Of a stretch of 64,000 nt of DNA, positions 1-12,509 are shown piece after piece. Origin of the DNA: Octopus bimaculoides (lineage: Eukaryota); assembly GCF_001194135.2 (NCBI RefSeq), contig NC_068981.1, positions 161,731,817-161,795,816 of the forward strand. The letters are read 5' to 3'. The position numbers and the translations under genes are program-made. The notes under the pieces were generated by a model. That model saw only the letters and a program-made list of their open reading frames with translations, was not told the DNA's origin and did no database searches. The first letter of the stretch is position 1; each line of letters starts with the position of its first letter.

Positions 1-375
1 TAATGGTATACTTGTTGTTTCTGAAATGTGTATGTACAGAGAGTTGTGTAAATGGTTATTGTTTGAATATATTTGTTCAAGTATTTTGGAAAACACTTTG
101 CTTTCATCACTGTCTGGTGGCACCTACACGTGCTGAAAAAATCTAATTATTTGTGATTAGTGTACATCAGTTCAACTGGTTTTCAAACTGTGAACATCTC
201 ATCATCTTTTAGGTCTTATTATATTCATAAATCTCATCCTGCATGTTTACCCAATTTTTAGATAATTGTAGTAGTTTTTTTGATTAAGAAGCTTGCTTCC
301 CAACTATGTGGTCTCAGGTTCAGTTCCATTGCATGGTATCTTAGGAGAGTATGTGGCTCATCGTGTATATATCAT

Positions 376-590
376 TGTCATCATCATCATTTATCATCCA
401 TTGTCCATGTTGGTATGGTTTGGACGGTATGACCAGGGCTGGTAAGCTGAGGGACTGCACCAGACTCCAGTCTGATTTGGCATGGTTTCTACTGCTGGAT
501 GCCCTTCCTACCACTAGCCACTTTGACAGTGTAATGAGTGCTTTTACATGCCACCAGCATGGGTACTAGTTGCATGACACCACTATTTGT
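376..590 (-). mobile_element. RTE-type LINE (family 1) 3' tail fragment
   Basis: Reverse complement of the recurrent tail ...ggaagggcatccagc...catgctagcatggaaa...(GAT)n, which follows the RTE ORF end at 12510-13625. Confidence 0.75.
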
Positions 591-610
591 CACAACTAAT
601 ATATATATAA

Positions 611-740
611 TAGGTACAGCCATGGTTGTGTGGTAAGAAGCTTGCTTCTGGGTTCAGCCCCACTGCATGGTACCTTGGACAAGTGTCTTCTAGTACAGCC
701 TTGGGCTGACAAAAGCCTTATGAGTGTATTTAGTAGAAAG
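611..740 (+). mobile_element. SINE-A head fragment
   Basis: tggttgtgtggtaagaagcttgc...ggttcagccccactgc...ccttggacaagtgtcttc matches the full copies at 10361 and 20110. Confidence 0.7.
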
Positions 741-749
741 ATTCCTGGA

Positions 750-945
750 CTGACCAGCACATTGTGTTCTTGATCAAAACACTTCATTTCATGTTGCTCT
801 GCAATCATTTCAACATCTGATGTGTGGCACACTTGTGCCACCTGTACAGGCAATGTCAATTTGATGGAAGGAGTGAGCTGATGTACAACAAATACATTTG
901 ATCACTATAGACGAATTATGATATTTGTGCAAACCGAACACTCAT
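750..945 (+). mobile_element. SINE-D-related fragment with its own tail
   Basis: ttgtgttcttgatcaaaacacttcatttcatgttgctc matches the segment after the head in the 14216 copy; downstream sequence differs. Confidence 0.5.
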
Positions 946-954
946 ATCATCATC

Positions 955-1110
955 GTCATCATCATTTAACATCTGTTTTCCATGCTTGCATGGGTTGGAC
1001 GGTTTGACAGGAGCTGGCCAGTTGAAGAGCTGCCTGGGCTCCATGTCTGTTTTGGCATGGTTTCTATGCTGGATGCCCTTCATAACACCAACCACTTACA
1101 GTGTGTACTG
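955..1110 (-). mobile_element. RTE family 1 3' tail fragment
   Basis: (CAT)n-ttaacatctgttttccatgcttgcatgggttggacgg...ggatgcccttc. Confidence 0.75.
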
Positions 1111-1339
1111 GCTACTTTTACACAACACTGACATGGGTGCATTTACATGGCATCGGCACCTATGAGCTTGCAAGGTTAAGAAAAATACTCAGCTGGAAAG
1201 CGATGCTGGCAACAACCTCTATGAAAGCACAACCATGCTTTTACTTGGCTTGATGTATCTTTTCATGCACAGTAAACTACCAGGAGTCATAATTCCCTGT
1301 CATCCCCCATGTGAATTCCAATGTCTGTAGAAAGTGAAA

Positions 1340-1790
1340 TCGTGATGGCACCTGTACCAGTGGAGCGCTAAAAGCATGATCGTTGCCAGAGCAGCTGTCT
1401 GGCTTCTGTGCCAGTGGCAATAAATAGCACCATTTGAGCATGATCGTTATCAACGTCGCCCTCCTGGCACTTGTGCCGTTGGCACGTGAAAAGACATTCG
1501 AACGAGATCATTGCCAGTGCCCCTGGACTGGCTCCTGAGCAGGTGGCAATACACCATTCTGAGTGTGGCCATTGTCAGTACCATCTGACTGACCTTCGTA
1601 CCGGTGGCATGTAAAAGCACCCACATCACTCTCTGAGTGGTTGGTGTTAGGAAGGGCATCCAGCTGTAGAAACTCTGCCAAATCAGATTGGAGCCTGGTG
1701 TAACCACCTGGTTCACCAGTCCTCAGTCAAATCGTCCAACCCATGCTAGCATGGAAAGCGGACGTTAAACGATGATGATAATGATGATGT
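1340..1790 (+). mobile_element. RTE family 1 3' UTR with internal tandem units and (GAT)n tail
   Basis: Repeated gtggca(c/t)gtaaaagcac units, then gttaggaagggcatccagctgtagaaac...gacgttaaacgatgatgat. Confidence 0.85.
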
Positions 1791-1829
1791 AGATCATATA
1801 TATAGTAGATCATATAATTAGCTGAATGA

Positions 1830-2155
1830 ACTGACCCCGGTACTTTTTATTTTTAAGCCTGAAACTTATTCTATCAGTCTCTTTTGTCGAACTACGAAGT
1901 TATAAGAATGTACTAAACACACCAACACCAGTTGTCAAGCAGTGGAGGTGGGAACAAACACAGACACAAAATCACGCACAGATTTGTATATGGTGTGTTT
2001 ACATTCTTATAACTTAGTAGTTTGGCAAAAGAGATTGATAGAATCAATATCAAGCTTTAAAAAGTGCTGGGGTTGATTCATTCAACTAAAAGTTCTTCAA
2101 TGCAGTGCCCCAGCATGGCCGCAGTCTAATGACTGAAACAAGTAAAAGAAGAAAA
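1830..2155. repeat. Two SINE-A body fragments in inverted orientation
   Basis: 1830-1980 is the reverse complement of the SINE-A body; 1990-2155 is the body in sense orientation, ending gactgaaacaagtaaaag. Confidence 0.7.
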
Positions 2156-2169
2156 GAATGATGTGTGTG

Positions 2170-2365
2170 TGTGTATGTGTGTGGATATCACATGACTGTT
2201 GTATGCAAGCAAGTCTTCCAGTCGTCCATGAAAAACATGTCTTTCCATGTGAAAATATTACCTTGCTTGGAAACAGGTGAGGATTGGTGACAGGAAGGGC
2301 ATCCAGCTTTAGAAAAATATGCCTCAGCAAATTCCATTGAGCCATACAAGCATAGTGGAATATTG
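2170..2365 (+). mobile_element. RTE-related tail family 2 (other copies near 9640-9850, 11560-11790, 18270-18460, 26270-26390, 34730-34945, 40480-40660, 52210-52400)
   Basis: Recurrent aatattaccttgcttggaaacaggtgagg...ggaagggcatcc...gaaaatctgcctc...catgcaagcatggaaa block. Confidence 0.65.
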
Positions 2366-2859
2366 GTCATTAAATTATGCTGATGGATATGAGATCTGAA
2401 TATGATTTAGCTGTTATCTCTAGCAAAGTAAGCAGCCTCTTAGTGGCTCCTTTGTTGATACTTCACAGCAGTTGTTTATGATAAGTGCAAGTCATACTAA
2501 ATATCTCTCGACAGAAATACTGAGTCAGAACTTCGCTCTTTGCAAAATAATTTACACCATTTACGCTGCTATTTATCTTTTCATTAAATACTTACCTCAG
2601 ACTTCACACCTTTATATCATGTTGGTGATGTTTATAAGTTGACTAAATTGATTTATGAAAGTTACGAAACATACTCCATATTTATTTTCTTATCACAGCT
2701 TTGGCATCTTTTGAAGTAGAGTTTATCATATTTGGGATTTCTTGCATTCCTGCAATTATTCCTTGTCTGGGAATATAGAATAGCATTAAGATAACATGGC
2801 AGAAGAATGAAAGGCAACAGATTGCATGTTCATGTGTGTGTATGCACGTGAGAGCATGT

Positions 2860-3043
2860 GTGTTTATATGTGGTGTGATGGTGTGAGAGCATAGTATAAG
2901 TGAAATTGTGTGTGTGTATGTGTGTGTGTGTGTATGTATGAGTGTATGTGTGTGATGATAAGTTACTTGCAAGATTTTTATAGGGATTCATTGTACAGTG
3001 TGTATGTGTGTGTGCATATATATGTGTGCGTGTTTATATATGT

Positions 3044-3119
<76 letters not shown>

Positions 3120-3504
3120 CTACATTCATACATAATCTTAAATATATATTTACATATGCATATGTCAATGTACCTCTTTGTGTGTGTGTGTGTGTGTGTG
3201 TGTGTTGGTGTGTCTGTCCATCATTCCGGTAGTAATGTTTCTCCAGAACCAATATAGGTTAACTTTATTGATAATATGTAATATGCGAAATATAAAAAAG
3301 GAATATATGTGTCATGTTAAAATTTTGCTATTTTTATATATACTTTCATGCAGGCACAAAAACACTCATCTATATACACATAGTTACATGTGCACACACA
3401 TGCATGTCTACTCATATGCATATGAATATTCCATTTTTATAAACGTATACAAGTATATATTTGTGTAGAGAAACATATAGCTGTTATGTGTATGTGTGTG
3501 TGTG

Positions 3505-3589
<85 letters not shown>

Positions 3590-3600
3590 GTACATAAGTA
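2860..3600. repeat. (TG)n/(TA)n microsatellite cluster
   Basis: Long pure (TA)n tracts at ~3045-3105 and ~3510-3590 with flanking (TG)n/(CA)n. Confidence 0.95.
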
Positions 3601-4629
3601 GCTACATTTTTACAATGACTTATATTCATGTGTTATTCTTTATAATTTGTATTTTGTATTGCAATTATTAAATAATGGCTCCATTGATTACAGGTTTCCA
3701 AGATGTCAATCACTGGTCAATGGTTCATTGCATTTCTGATGATGAGAATGACAAGGGGATATCTGTGTAACTAGGGGCAGAGTATGTATCACAAGGAGCT
3801 GCATTAGAAATACATTCTTTTTCCATGTCTTTTGCTAATGTCTACTTACATCTGTTACTGATACACTGATATACCTTGAAAAATGCATACAGAAAGGACA
3901 TGCATACATATTAGGTATGACTGTGTCATTGAGAAGTCCACTTCATAATCACATGGTTTCAAGTTCCATCACACTGTAAGGTACCTTATATATANNNNNN
4001 NNNNNNNNNNNNNNNNNNNNNNNNNNNNNNNNNNNNNNNNNNNNNNNNNNNNNNNNNNNNNNNNNNNNNNNNNNNNNNNNNNNNNNNNNNNNNNNNNNNN
4101 NNNNNTCTTGCTATTTTGGTAGCGATTACATGCTTATCTCATCAACACATTGTGGAGATATCATCATATGAACATATATATATATATATATATATGTATA
4201 ACTATGGAAGACTAGAGGGATTATTATTTGTATGGACTTAAAGATTGGTCGCTATTTAGTATATAATTTAGTTATTGTAGGTTTACTATTAATGCTGATA
4301 CAGACGTACATATATTTATGTGTTTCTTGTTGTAGTTTAATTTTAAAGTTAGTGTTTAATCCTGCCTATATTTGGTTGAATACTGTTGTACATAGGGTAA
4401 ATGTGTTTGAAAGTTGTGTGTTTTGTTTTTTGGTATGTTTGTTCCCAAACAGCACTTCTTTTAGTGCTGTTGATACTGCTGGATTGAATAGTACTGCCCA
4501 GGTGTCAAAACCATAATGATATCCGTGCAGCAGCTGATGATGGAGGTATGCTGGAGTGTTGGCATGGCTGTTTTTGTATATGTGGAATAGTGATATAACA
4601 CATCCGTTTAATACATACTTATGCTAACT

Positions 4630-5185
4630 GTGGAAGGAGCCTGTGGAAGGAGTATACCCAAGAAGACATGAGATGAGGTGGTGAAGCGTGATCTTCAAAT
4701 GTTAGGCCTCATGGAAGCGATGACTAGTGACAGAGGCCGTTGATGATATGCTGTCTTGGGAAGACTCATTAAACCAAGTGAAATTGTAGTCATGACCATT
4801 GCTGGTGTCATGTAAACAGGACCCATGAGATTGTAATTGTGGTCGTTGCTGGTAGCATGATCTTGAAAATGATCTTCAAATGTTGAGCCCCAGGAATGCG
4901 ATGACAAGTGACCGAGACCTTGGTCATATGCTGTGCTTGAGAAAACTCGTCAAGCGAAGTGAAACCATAGTCGTGGCTGTTGCCTATGTCATATAAATGG
5001 CACCCATGCTATTGGCACATAAATTGCACCTATTACACTCTTGGAGTGGTTGGTGTTAGGAAGGGCATCCAGCTGTAGAAACCATGCCAAATCTGACTGG
5101 AACCTGATATAGCTCTCTGGCTTACCAGTCAAACCATCTAAACCATTCCAGCATGGAAAACGGACATAAATTGATGATGATGATA
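4630..5185 (+). mobile_element. RTE family 1 ORF end plus 3' tail, with ~180-bp tandem duplication of the ORF end
   Basis: Reads DEVVKRDLQMLGLMEAMTSDR; atcttcaaatgtt recurs at 4691 and 4872; standard tail follows. Confidence 0.8.
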
Positions 5186-5329
5186 TATATTTAAGTGCTA
5201 CTGAAGAGGCGAATTAACAAAATTATATAATGCTTCAACAAGCAATTGCGTATTCCTTACAGTAATTTGTTGAAACAGGTGTATGTTTTGTAATGCATAA
5301 AATACCATATATGTTTTCTGTTTTTTGTT

Positions 5330-6230
5330 TATAGAAAGTATATCCTTCTCTTCTCTTGGCTTGGCTTTGCAAGCGAAAATTTACAGCAAAAAGCCTTGTA
5401 CCTCTTCTTTGCTGCTCTTCTATTAGAGTGACCAGAGGAGAGTTAAGTATACAGTGTGATTTAAGGAAGTCAGTAATCCTCCATCTTGGCAATGCGTGTT
5501 GCCCAGCATAGCTGTGTTAACAGCTGAGTTGCTTTGATGCTTCTGACCTTCACCTGCTCTACAACCTTGATGTTCAGGACAAAGTCACTTGAGTTGACGT
5601 TGAGGGTGATGCAAAGGCAGCACTGATGGAATTGCTCAAGGAATTGTAAGTGGAAAATGATTCTGAGCTGTACAAAGGGTGTGGTTTGAACAACAGCTCT
5701 GTACACACTGATCATGATCTGTTTTTTCAGATGGTTATTGTTCCAGCCTTTTTTGTATGATGTAGTGAATGCACTATTTGCCTTGACTAGTTTGTTATTG
5801 ACTTCTTTCTCAATTTTGGCATCTGATGAGTAGGCGTACTCTAGGTAGGTGAACTGTTTGACTCTCTTTAGTCCAGTCTTCCTGATGGTGTTGTGAGGTG
5901 GGTAATATTCTTGCTGTGGTGTGGATTGATGGAAGATTTTTGTTTTCTTTAAACTAACTTCTAAGCCAAAGTGCCTGGCAAAGCAAGAGGTAATGCATTG
6001 CAGGCCTGTCTCTGTGTGGGAAGTTAGGGCAGCAGTATCTGGCTATTTGCAACATGAGTGACTGAAAAGTCACTGTTATTCTATATATATCATTGGCAGT
6101 GATATTTGGCTGGTATGTGACAAGCAGATGCCTACCACTGAAGAAGTGCAGTATGCTAAAATCACATGATCAGACAGTTCTGGCACTCACACCAGATGAT
6201 TCTCATCTGTTAACGTAATATGTCTGTGCT
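5330..6230 (-). pseudogene. Decayed RTE-clade (BovB-like) reverse transcriptase, distinct from RTE family 1
   Basis: Minus-strand frameshifted translation gives FGLEVSLKKTKIF, VKQFTYL, SDAKIEKEVNNKLVKANSAF, SVYRAVV, LEQFHQCCL, typical of the RTE ORF after the RT core. Confidence 0.75.
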
Positions 6231-6332
6231 CTTAGCACCATACATCCATATGAGAAGATCTCTCAGGGTGAGTGATACAGTAGTTGGTATTCTAATAATA
6301 CATCTTCGTTAAATAAGAGATAAAAATTGCCA

Positions 6333-6396
<64 letters not shown>

Positions 6397-6947
6397 AAAG
6401 GATTTTTTTTAGTTACCTTCTACCAAATCTACTCATAAAGCTTTAGTTGGACCAAGGCTACAGTAGAAGACATTTGTCAATGGTGCTGCCATGCAGTGGA
6501 ACTGAACCTAAAACTACAATGTTTTGAGGTGAGTTTCTTAACTACACAGTCATGCTTGCATCTTGTAAAATCTGAAAGGAATTAACTAAAGCACCAAAAT
6601 ATCAGATGATACAGAAATTCTACAAATCCATAACACACTACACACTCATCCTTATAAAAATAAGAAGGAAAAAAAAACTAAATAAATAAAACACACACAC
6701 ACACACACATATACCAAGCCAAATTACCCTGTAACCCCCCCCCCCAAAAAAAAATGTACTTCAATAGCCAAATAGTTTCTATTGATATCCAGACACACAG
6801 TAATGAATTCTATTGATTGATCTTTTGACTGTCTTTATAGCTATCAATCATTGTATTGTATTTGATATTATCCAAATAGATACTGCTGCTTGTGGTTTTG
6901 TTTGCAATTGGTTTCATTTCTTTTCAATGTTTTCATTCTTTTTCTTA

Positions 6948-7170
6948 AAACCCTTTTAATACCAACCTGCCTGTGACTGCCTGGTTCTTTAATACAACCT
7001 TCTTGTTTTAAAGCAATCTAAATTAAAGCCTTCCATTGAGATTTCATGTCAATTATGTCTCAAACATCAGCTTAATTATGACTAAGTTATTTTATGAAAT
7101 TCTTCATTATCGAAATTTATTTAAACAAATAGAATATATTACTTCATGAATTTTGTAACAAAAGTGTGAA
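6948..7170. mobile_element. Degenerate piggyBac-like MITE
   Basis: Ends resemble ttaa-ccctttt...aaaagtgt-gaa; heavily decayed. Confidence 0.3.
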
Positions 7171-7264
7171 AGAAGGATCTAGAATCAGATGTTCTTTTCT
7201 CTGAATCCTTGCTGCTCAAACGCAGTATGGCTCAAGATATGTAGAATTTCTAAGCTTTCTACTA

Positions 7265-9326
7265 TAGGTTTTTGCAGTCGTTTTCATATGTTTGTCATTC
7301 AATTTAATAATCAGGTCATTCAAAGTTGCGCAAAAATTATCGCCATGAAGTTAGATATTCAAATTCATTTTTCAATCATTCAGTTTTGCACTTTGGTCAA
7401 ATAATGTAGCATCTACATCATTCAAATTAAAATGCCCGCCGGGATCATTCAAGTGAGTCAGAATGTAAGGTAGTGTCTTTTTAAGCCCATGTCTTTTCTA
7501 TATTTTCTTTTATTTTTGCATAAATACATGTATTTATTATTAAAGACATCATGAAATCGCATTCCAGTCTTTTCAATATTTTTAAAGAAACTCACAATTA
7601 CAACAGTTGCTCATTTTCTTTGATTTTGAATACATTATGTTGTGATATGTGTTCTTCCTTTACATAATATGTCTTGTTGGGAAAAGTATATATTTCTTTG
7701 ATTTTGCATTCTTTCATTCATTGAGGAAAGGGTGCTATGCACACTAAAATAATAATTGATTTACATTTTTGATAAGGAGAGTTTGTTTCTAGGAGTTAGG
7801 TCTGGGTGTCTCTATACCAACAAACACAATTTTCTGGAGTGATAGCGTTGATGTTACACTTTGCAACCTGTTGTATGATATGTGCTTGCCATTCTTCCAT
7901 GGTCTTGTCAGCTTCTTCTGCAGCTGCCCAGTTGCCAACCTTTTGCTACAACTCATTTCGAGTGAGGTCCCACTTGACAGCCGCCTTAAAGGCAGAATGT
8001 ACCAAGAAACAGCAAGTAGAGAGGCAGGAGTTTCAGATGGAACGTAGGTTGGTGTCAGCTGGGAGCTCAGCACAAATGTGTGACCACGCGCTGTCATAGA
8101 TCAAGTAGATGAATTCAACCACTGGGAACATGTTGGCACATGCTCCAACTGTTTCCGCCAAGAACTCCTCGAAAGAGTTTCATGTAATTGTATTGTTCAC
8201 AACAGAGTGGTGAACCAGGCCAATTTCTCCCGACACCATGAAAGTAACATTGCAATTTTTCCCAAGCTGATGGTTGACAAGGAACGCCTCAAGGGGCTCA
8301 TCCAAAAGACCACCTGGTCCAAATGTTGTACCCACATTCATCAATGAACACACAATGGTCAATGACTCCCTCTTCTATGAACCTATGTGCATACTCATAA
8401 TGCTTTTCCAGAGTTTTTGGGGCATTTCCTGCATCTGGGACGTTTTTGGATAACTTCATAGTTATCAACATCCCATCTAGAGCCCATGAGATTGCAGACA
8501 TGGAAACAGGTAGCTTTCTGGGAAATATTGCCTCTAAGTTCCTCTTCATCGGTTGAAGGGTTGCGAGTGGTTTGGCATTAATAATCACCTGAAGCCTGGC
8601 TCACATTTCCTCACCAAACTTAACATGGTGGGCACCTCTTCTAGACTACTTGTGACACCCCCCAGACTGTAAGTAGGTCACTACTATGAACTGGGCAGTA
8701 CTTCTTTTAATAACAAGTGTGTCTGTCAGTTACAGGTAATCAGTTTGATGCCCCTCAAATGTGTCAACCAGCCTTGCCCTATCTTCATCCAATATACACA
8801 TGTACCTTAAGCGTGGCTCCATGATTACAAGTTGGTGTAAGAGAAAGAGATATAAAATGCAACTGATACCAACCGGTTATGAATGTTGCAATGAAAAAGA
8901 CTCTCATGAACAGAAGAATCACGTAATTTATTTCTTCCTTGTAGCTTTTACAACATAATAAAATTTGCATGACAAAACATGTCATTTAAATTTGTCATTT
9001 TTAGCATTCACTTCTTAGAATGTGAGTAAAAACACACATATAACATTTGTGCTAAATTGAATAAACTTATTCCAAACTTGAATGCTCACATGCGAATTTG
9101 AAGGCTTGAAAAGACACTTCCTCACATTCCGACTAATTTGAATGCTCTTGATGGGCATTTTAATTTGAATGATATGAATGCTAAATTCTTTGACCGAAGT
9201 GCAAAATTGAATGGTCATAAAACGAATTTGAATGACCAACTTCATGGTGCTAATTTTTTTCATAACTTTAAATGACCTGAATATCAAACTGAATGACAAA
9301 CGTATGCAAATGACTGCAAAAACCTA
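7265..9326 (-). mobile_element. Tc1/mariner-IS630-like DNA transposon, ~2.06 kb, ~225-bp imperfect TIRs, TA-flanked
   Basis: 7263-7487 (tataggtttttgcagtc...gtgtctttttaagcc) is the reverse complement of 9101-9328; TATA at both ends; transposase remnant inside. Confidence 0.85.
7790..8900 (-). pseudogene. IS630/Tc1-like DDE transposase pseudogene
   Basis: HCVFIDECGYNIWT (first D), LIYDSAWSH (second D), then LKLLPLY..FL and HSAFKAAVK with the expected NPIE (catalytic E) segment missing; stops and frameshifts. Confidence 0.8.
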
Positions 9327-9553
9327 TATTGTTGCAAATTAGTATAGAATGCATTATGGCTGGTTCAGTTTGTGTTGGCCCTTTTTAAGCAAAGCTAGAA
9401 TCAAATATGTTCTGGTTGTTACCAGCTCATCTTTTATTCAGATGCAATATATCAAGAATTGCATTATTTAGTATAACTTTTTTTTTTTTAAATGGTAAGG
9501 TGTGATTTGAAGTGAGATTTGACAATTAAACATACATCACATACACACACACA

Positions 9554-9638
<85 letters not shown>

Positions 9639-10360
9639 CTATTGTCATCTTTTTAATGTTCACTTTTCCATGCCTGCAAGGAATTTGTCAAAGCAGATTT
9701 TCTATGGTTGGATGTCTTTCTTGTCACCAAATCTTACTTGTTTCCAAGCATGGTAATATCTTCTCATGGTTGGACGTTTTCCATGGGAGACTGTAAATGG
9801 AAAACATGGCCTGCCTGATGATGATGATGATGCTTGTTTACAACTGTGATTTCAAAACAAGGCTAAACACACATTCATGTTTTTTTTTTAATAGGCTTAA
9901 GTTTGCTAAGACACAAGAGAGTACCCCATCTTTTGCAGACCATCTGAAACTGGTGAGTTTAGTATACTTCATGTGTAGCATGAACATTTGAAAGTTGATG
10001 TCTCTGGATAAAATAATGGCAAAGAATGATTCCAGAAGCTTTTTAGTTTTGAGGAAAAAAGATTGGGTAAAATTGTGATGCAATATAAAACCAGATCTTA
10101 TAAAGCTGAAAATTTATAATCTCAAATATTCAGTCTGGTTTTGTACTAGTTCTGTCATTTTGGTAAAATGATTATGTTAAGTTTACTTTTGATACTGAAA
10201 TGTTTCAGTGTCCTTGATAATCTTTATATATCTCGTCTTCTTCACATGAAAAGATGCCTCATTATGATGATCCATGCCATCATAACAAACACAAGACTGA
10301 CCTGCTAGAAACATCCGCAAAACCTCCTTCAATTGTCTTAGTAAAAGAAAGCATTGTACA

Positions 10361-10745
10361 GGCACAGGAGTGGCTGTGTGGTAAGTAGCTTGCTTACCAA
10401 CCACATGGTTCCGGGTTCATTCCCACTGCGTCCACCTTGGGCAAGTGTCTTCTACTATAGCCTCGGGCCGACCAAAGCCTTGTGAGTGTATTTGGTAGAC
10501 GGAAACTGAAAGAAGTCCGTTGTATATATATGTATATGTATATATATATGTGTGTGTTTTTGTGTCTATGTTTGTTCCCCCAACATCGGTTGACAACCTA
10601 TGCTGGTGTGTTTACCTCCCCATAACTTAGCCATTCGGCAAAAGAGACCGATAGAATAAGTCCTGGGGTCGATTTGCTCGACTAAAGGCAGTGCTCCAGC
10701 ATGGCCACAGTCAAATTACTGAAACAAGTAAAAGAGTAAAAGAGT
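10361..10745 (+). mobile_element. SINE-A, full length (tRNA-like head, internal (TA)/(TG) tract, body, gactgaaacaagtaaaagag tail)
   Basis: A-box-like tggctgtgtgg and B-box-like ggttcattccc; high similarity to copies at 20110, 14896, 63587. Confidence 0.9.
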
Positions 10746-11404
10746 CGTTTTTGATACACAAACAGATAAGGTGGTCACTGCTGGACATCTATGATCATAT
10801 AGGTCTGTTCATTTAGAATTTACTAGGGGACTAAACAACAATGACAACAACAATGATGACAATGATAACCACAACATCAGCAACAACAAGCACAGTGAGA
10901 AATGCCTTGCTGTAGAGCATCCAGTAAACACTGAAGTAAACTCGAAAATCTCCTGCTGCTTAGTTTATTCAATGTGTTGAAATGCCAAACCAATTTGCTA
11001 TTCATTAACTTGCACTAGCTCCAAAGAACAATCCTACCAATTTAGAATTTCTTGGATACAAGCTGGATTATAGTTTCTTGTATTTTCAGTATGTAATTAT
11101 GTAGCTCTACCTTATCTTTTGCTATTAAATATATAAATGCATCTAAATAAAGTAAAGAAAAATCAGAGGCCGTCACTGTATTTTATCAAATTTGTTTCTT
11201 AAGATTGATTAAATGTTTACACTGGAACTTTAGAAATAATAATTTTGCAGCAAAGAAAAAAAAAAAGATAAATAAATTAGACTGTGGAGGATGAGGATAA
11301 TGATATTGTGGATGAAGAGAGATGAGGAAAGCTCCTGTGACCTTTGCATCTTCCTTACCAAACTGTTGAAGTCAATGTGGTTGATGTTCGGAGTGAACTT
11401 CTGA

Positions 11405-11560
11405 AGATCATCATCATCATCATCATCATCGTCGTCGTCATCATCATCATCATCATCATCATCATCGTCGTCGTCGTCGTTGTCGTCGTCATCGTCGTAA
11501 TCATCATCATCATCATCATCATCATCTTCATCATCATCATCATCTTCATCTCATCATCAT
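11405..11560. repeat. (ATC)n/(GTC)n trinucleotide tract, tail of a minus-strand family-2 element
   Basis: Directly visible. Confidence 0.9.
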
Positions 11561-11798
11561 TGTTTTTAACGTTCATTTTTTCACTCTTGCATAGGTCGGA
11601 TGGAATTTGTTGAGACTGATCTTCTATGGTTGGATGCCCTTCCTGTCACAAACCCTCATCTGCTTCCAAGTAAAGCATAGTAATTTTCCCCCATTACCAG
11701 ATTTATTTTTCACAAAATATTGGAAACAAAGGACACTTCTTGCATGACTGTGATACTTGTTTACAACCATCATGTGATGTCAAGGCAAGGAAACAGTA

Positions 11799-11839
<41 letters not shown>

Positions 11840-12509
11840 ATGGACCTCTTTCAGTTTCTCTCTACCAAATCCACTCATAAAGTATTGGTCAGCCTAGGGC
11901 TAACCAAGATGCCATGCAGTGGAACTGAACCTGAAACCACAGACTCGGGAAGCAAACTTCTTACTACACAGCCATACCTATACCATTCTTGCACCTTGAT
12001 GTCTATAGGAAAATGGTTAAATGTGAGGAAATTGAGAGGATTGCAGATATGTGGAGGAAGGATTGAAAAAAGTGTTTAGTATAGAATCTGGTGACGGAAG
12101 CACAGTATTATAACAAGAAACTGAGAAGCAAACGTACATAAGGGGCTTTGATAGAGGTGCTACATGACCATTGCATTGCATACCCTCCTAGACAGGTTAG
12201 ATTCATGTAGTTGATGTTCAGCTCTAGCATTTGTAGGTTCACATCATCATTTAATGATTTAATGTGTGTTTTCTATGCTGGCATGAACTGGATGGTTTGT
12301 CAGGAGCTGGTGAGTCAGAGAACTGTACCAAGTTCCAATGTCTGCTTTGGCATGGTTTCTATGATTGCAGAAACCATTTTACAAAGTGTATTCGGATTTT
12401 TATGTTGCAGTGTCATCACCAAGTAACTCACAAGGCAACCCCACCCCTCAACTGAGGGTGAGTAATGTTGGGGGAGGTAGTTTTATATCTAGTGGTAGCA
12501 GGTTAAAGT

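Noticed and set aside
2910-3671. ORFs rich in YI/CV/HT repeats (also 18863-19304, 23813-24705, 27520-28226, 28452-29859, 34379-34903, 40030-40643)
   Set aside because: Translations of dinucleotide microsatellites or N-gaps, not genes.
4232-4516. 94-aa ORF in unique-looking sequence
   Set aside because: Low-complexity T/G-rich composition, no motif, no convincing splice context.
10361-10440. tRNA-like sequences at SINE heads
   Set aside because: A/B boxes are present, but there is no complete cloverleaf and each continues into a SINE body; not tRNA genes.
11344-11613. Poly-I/poly-M ORFs (also 52384-52581, 52966-53203)
   Set aside because: (ATC)n, (GAT)n and (ATT)n retroelement tails.
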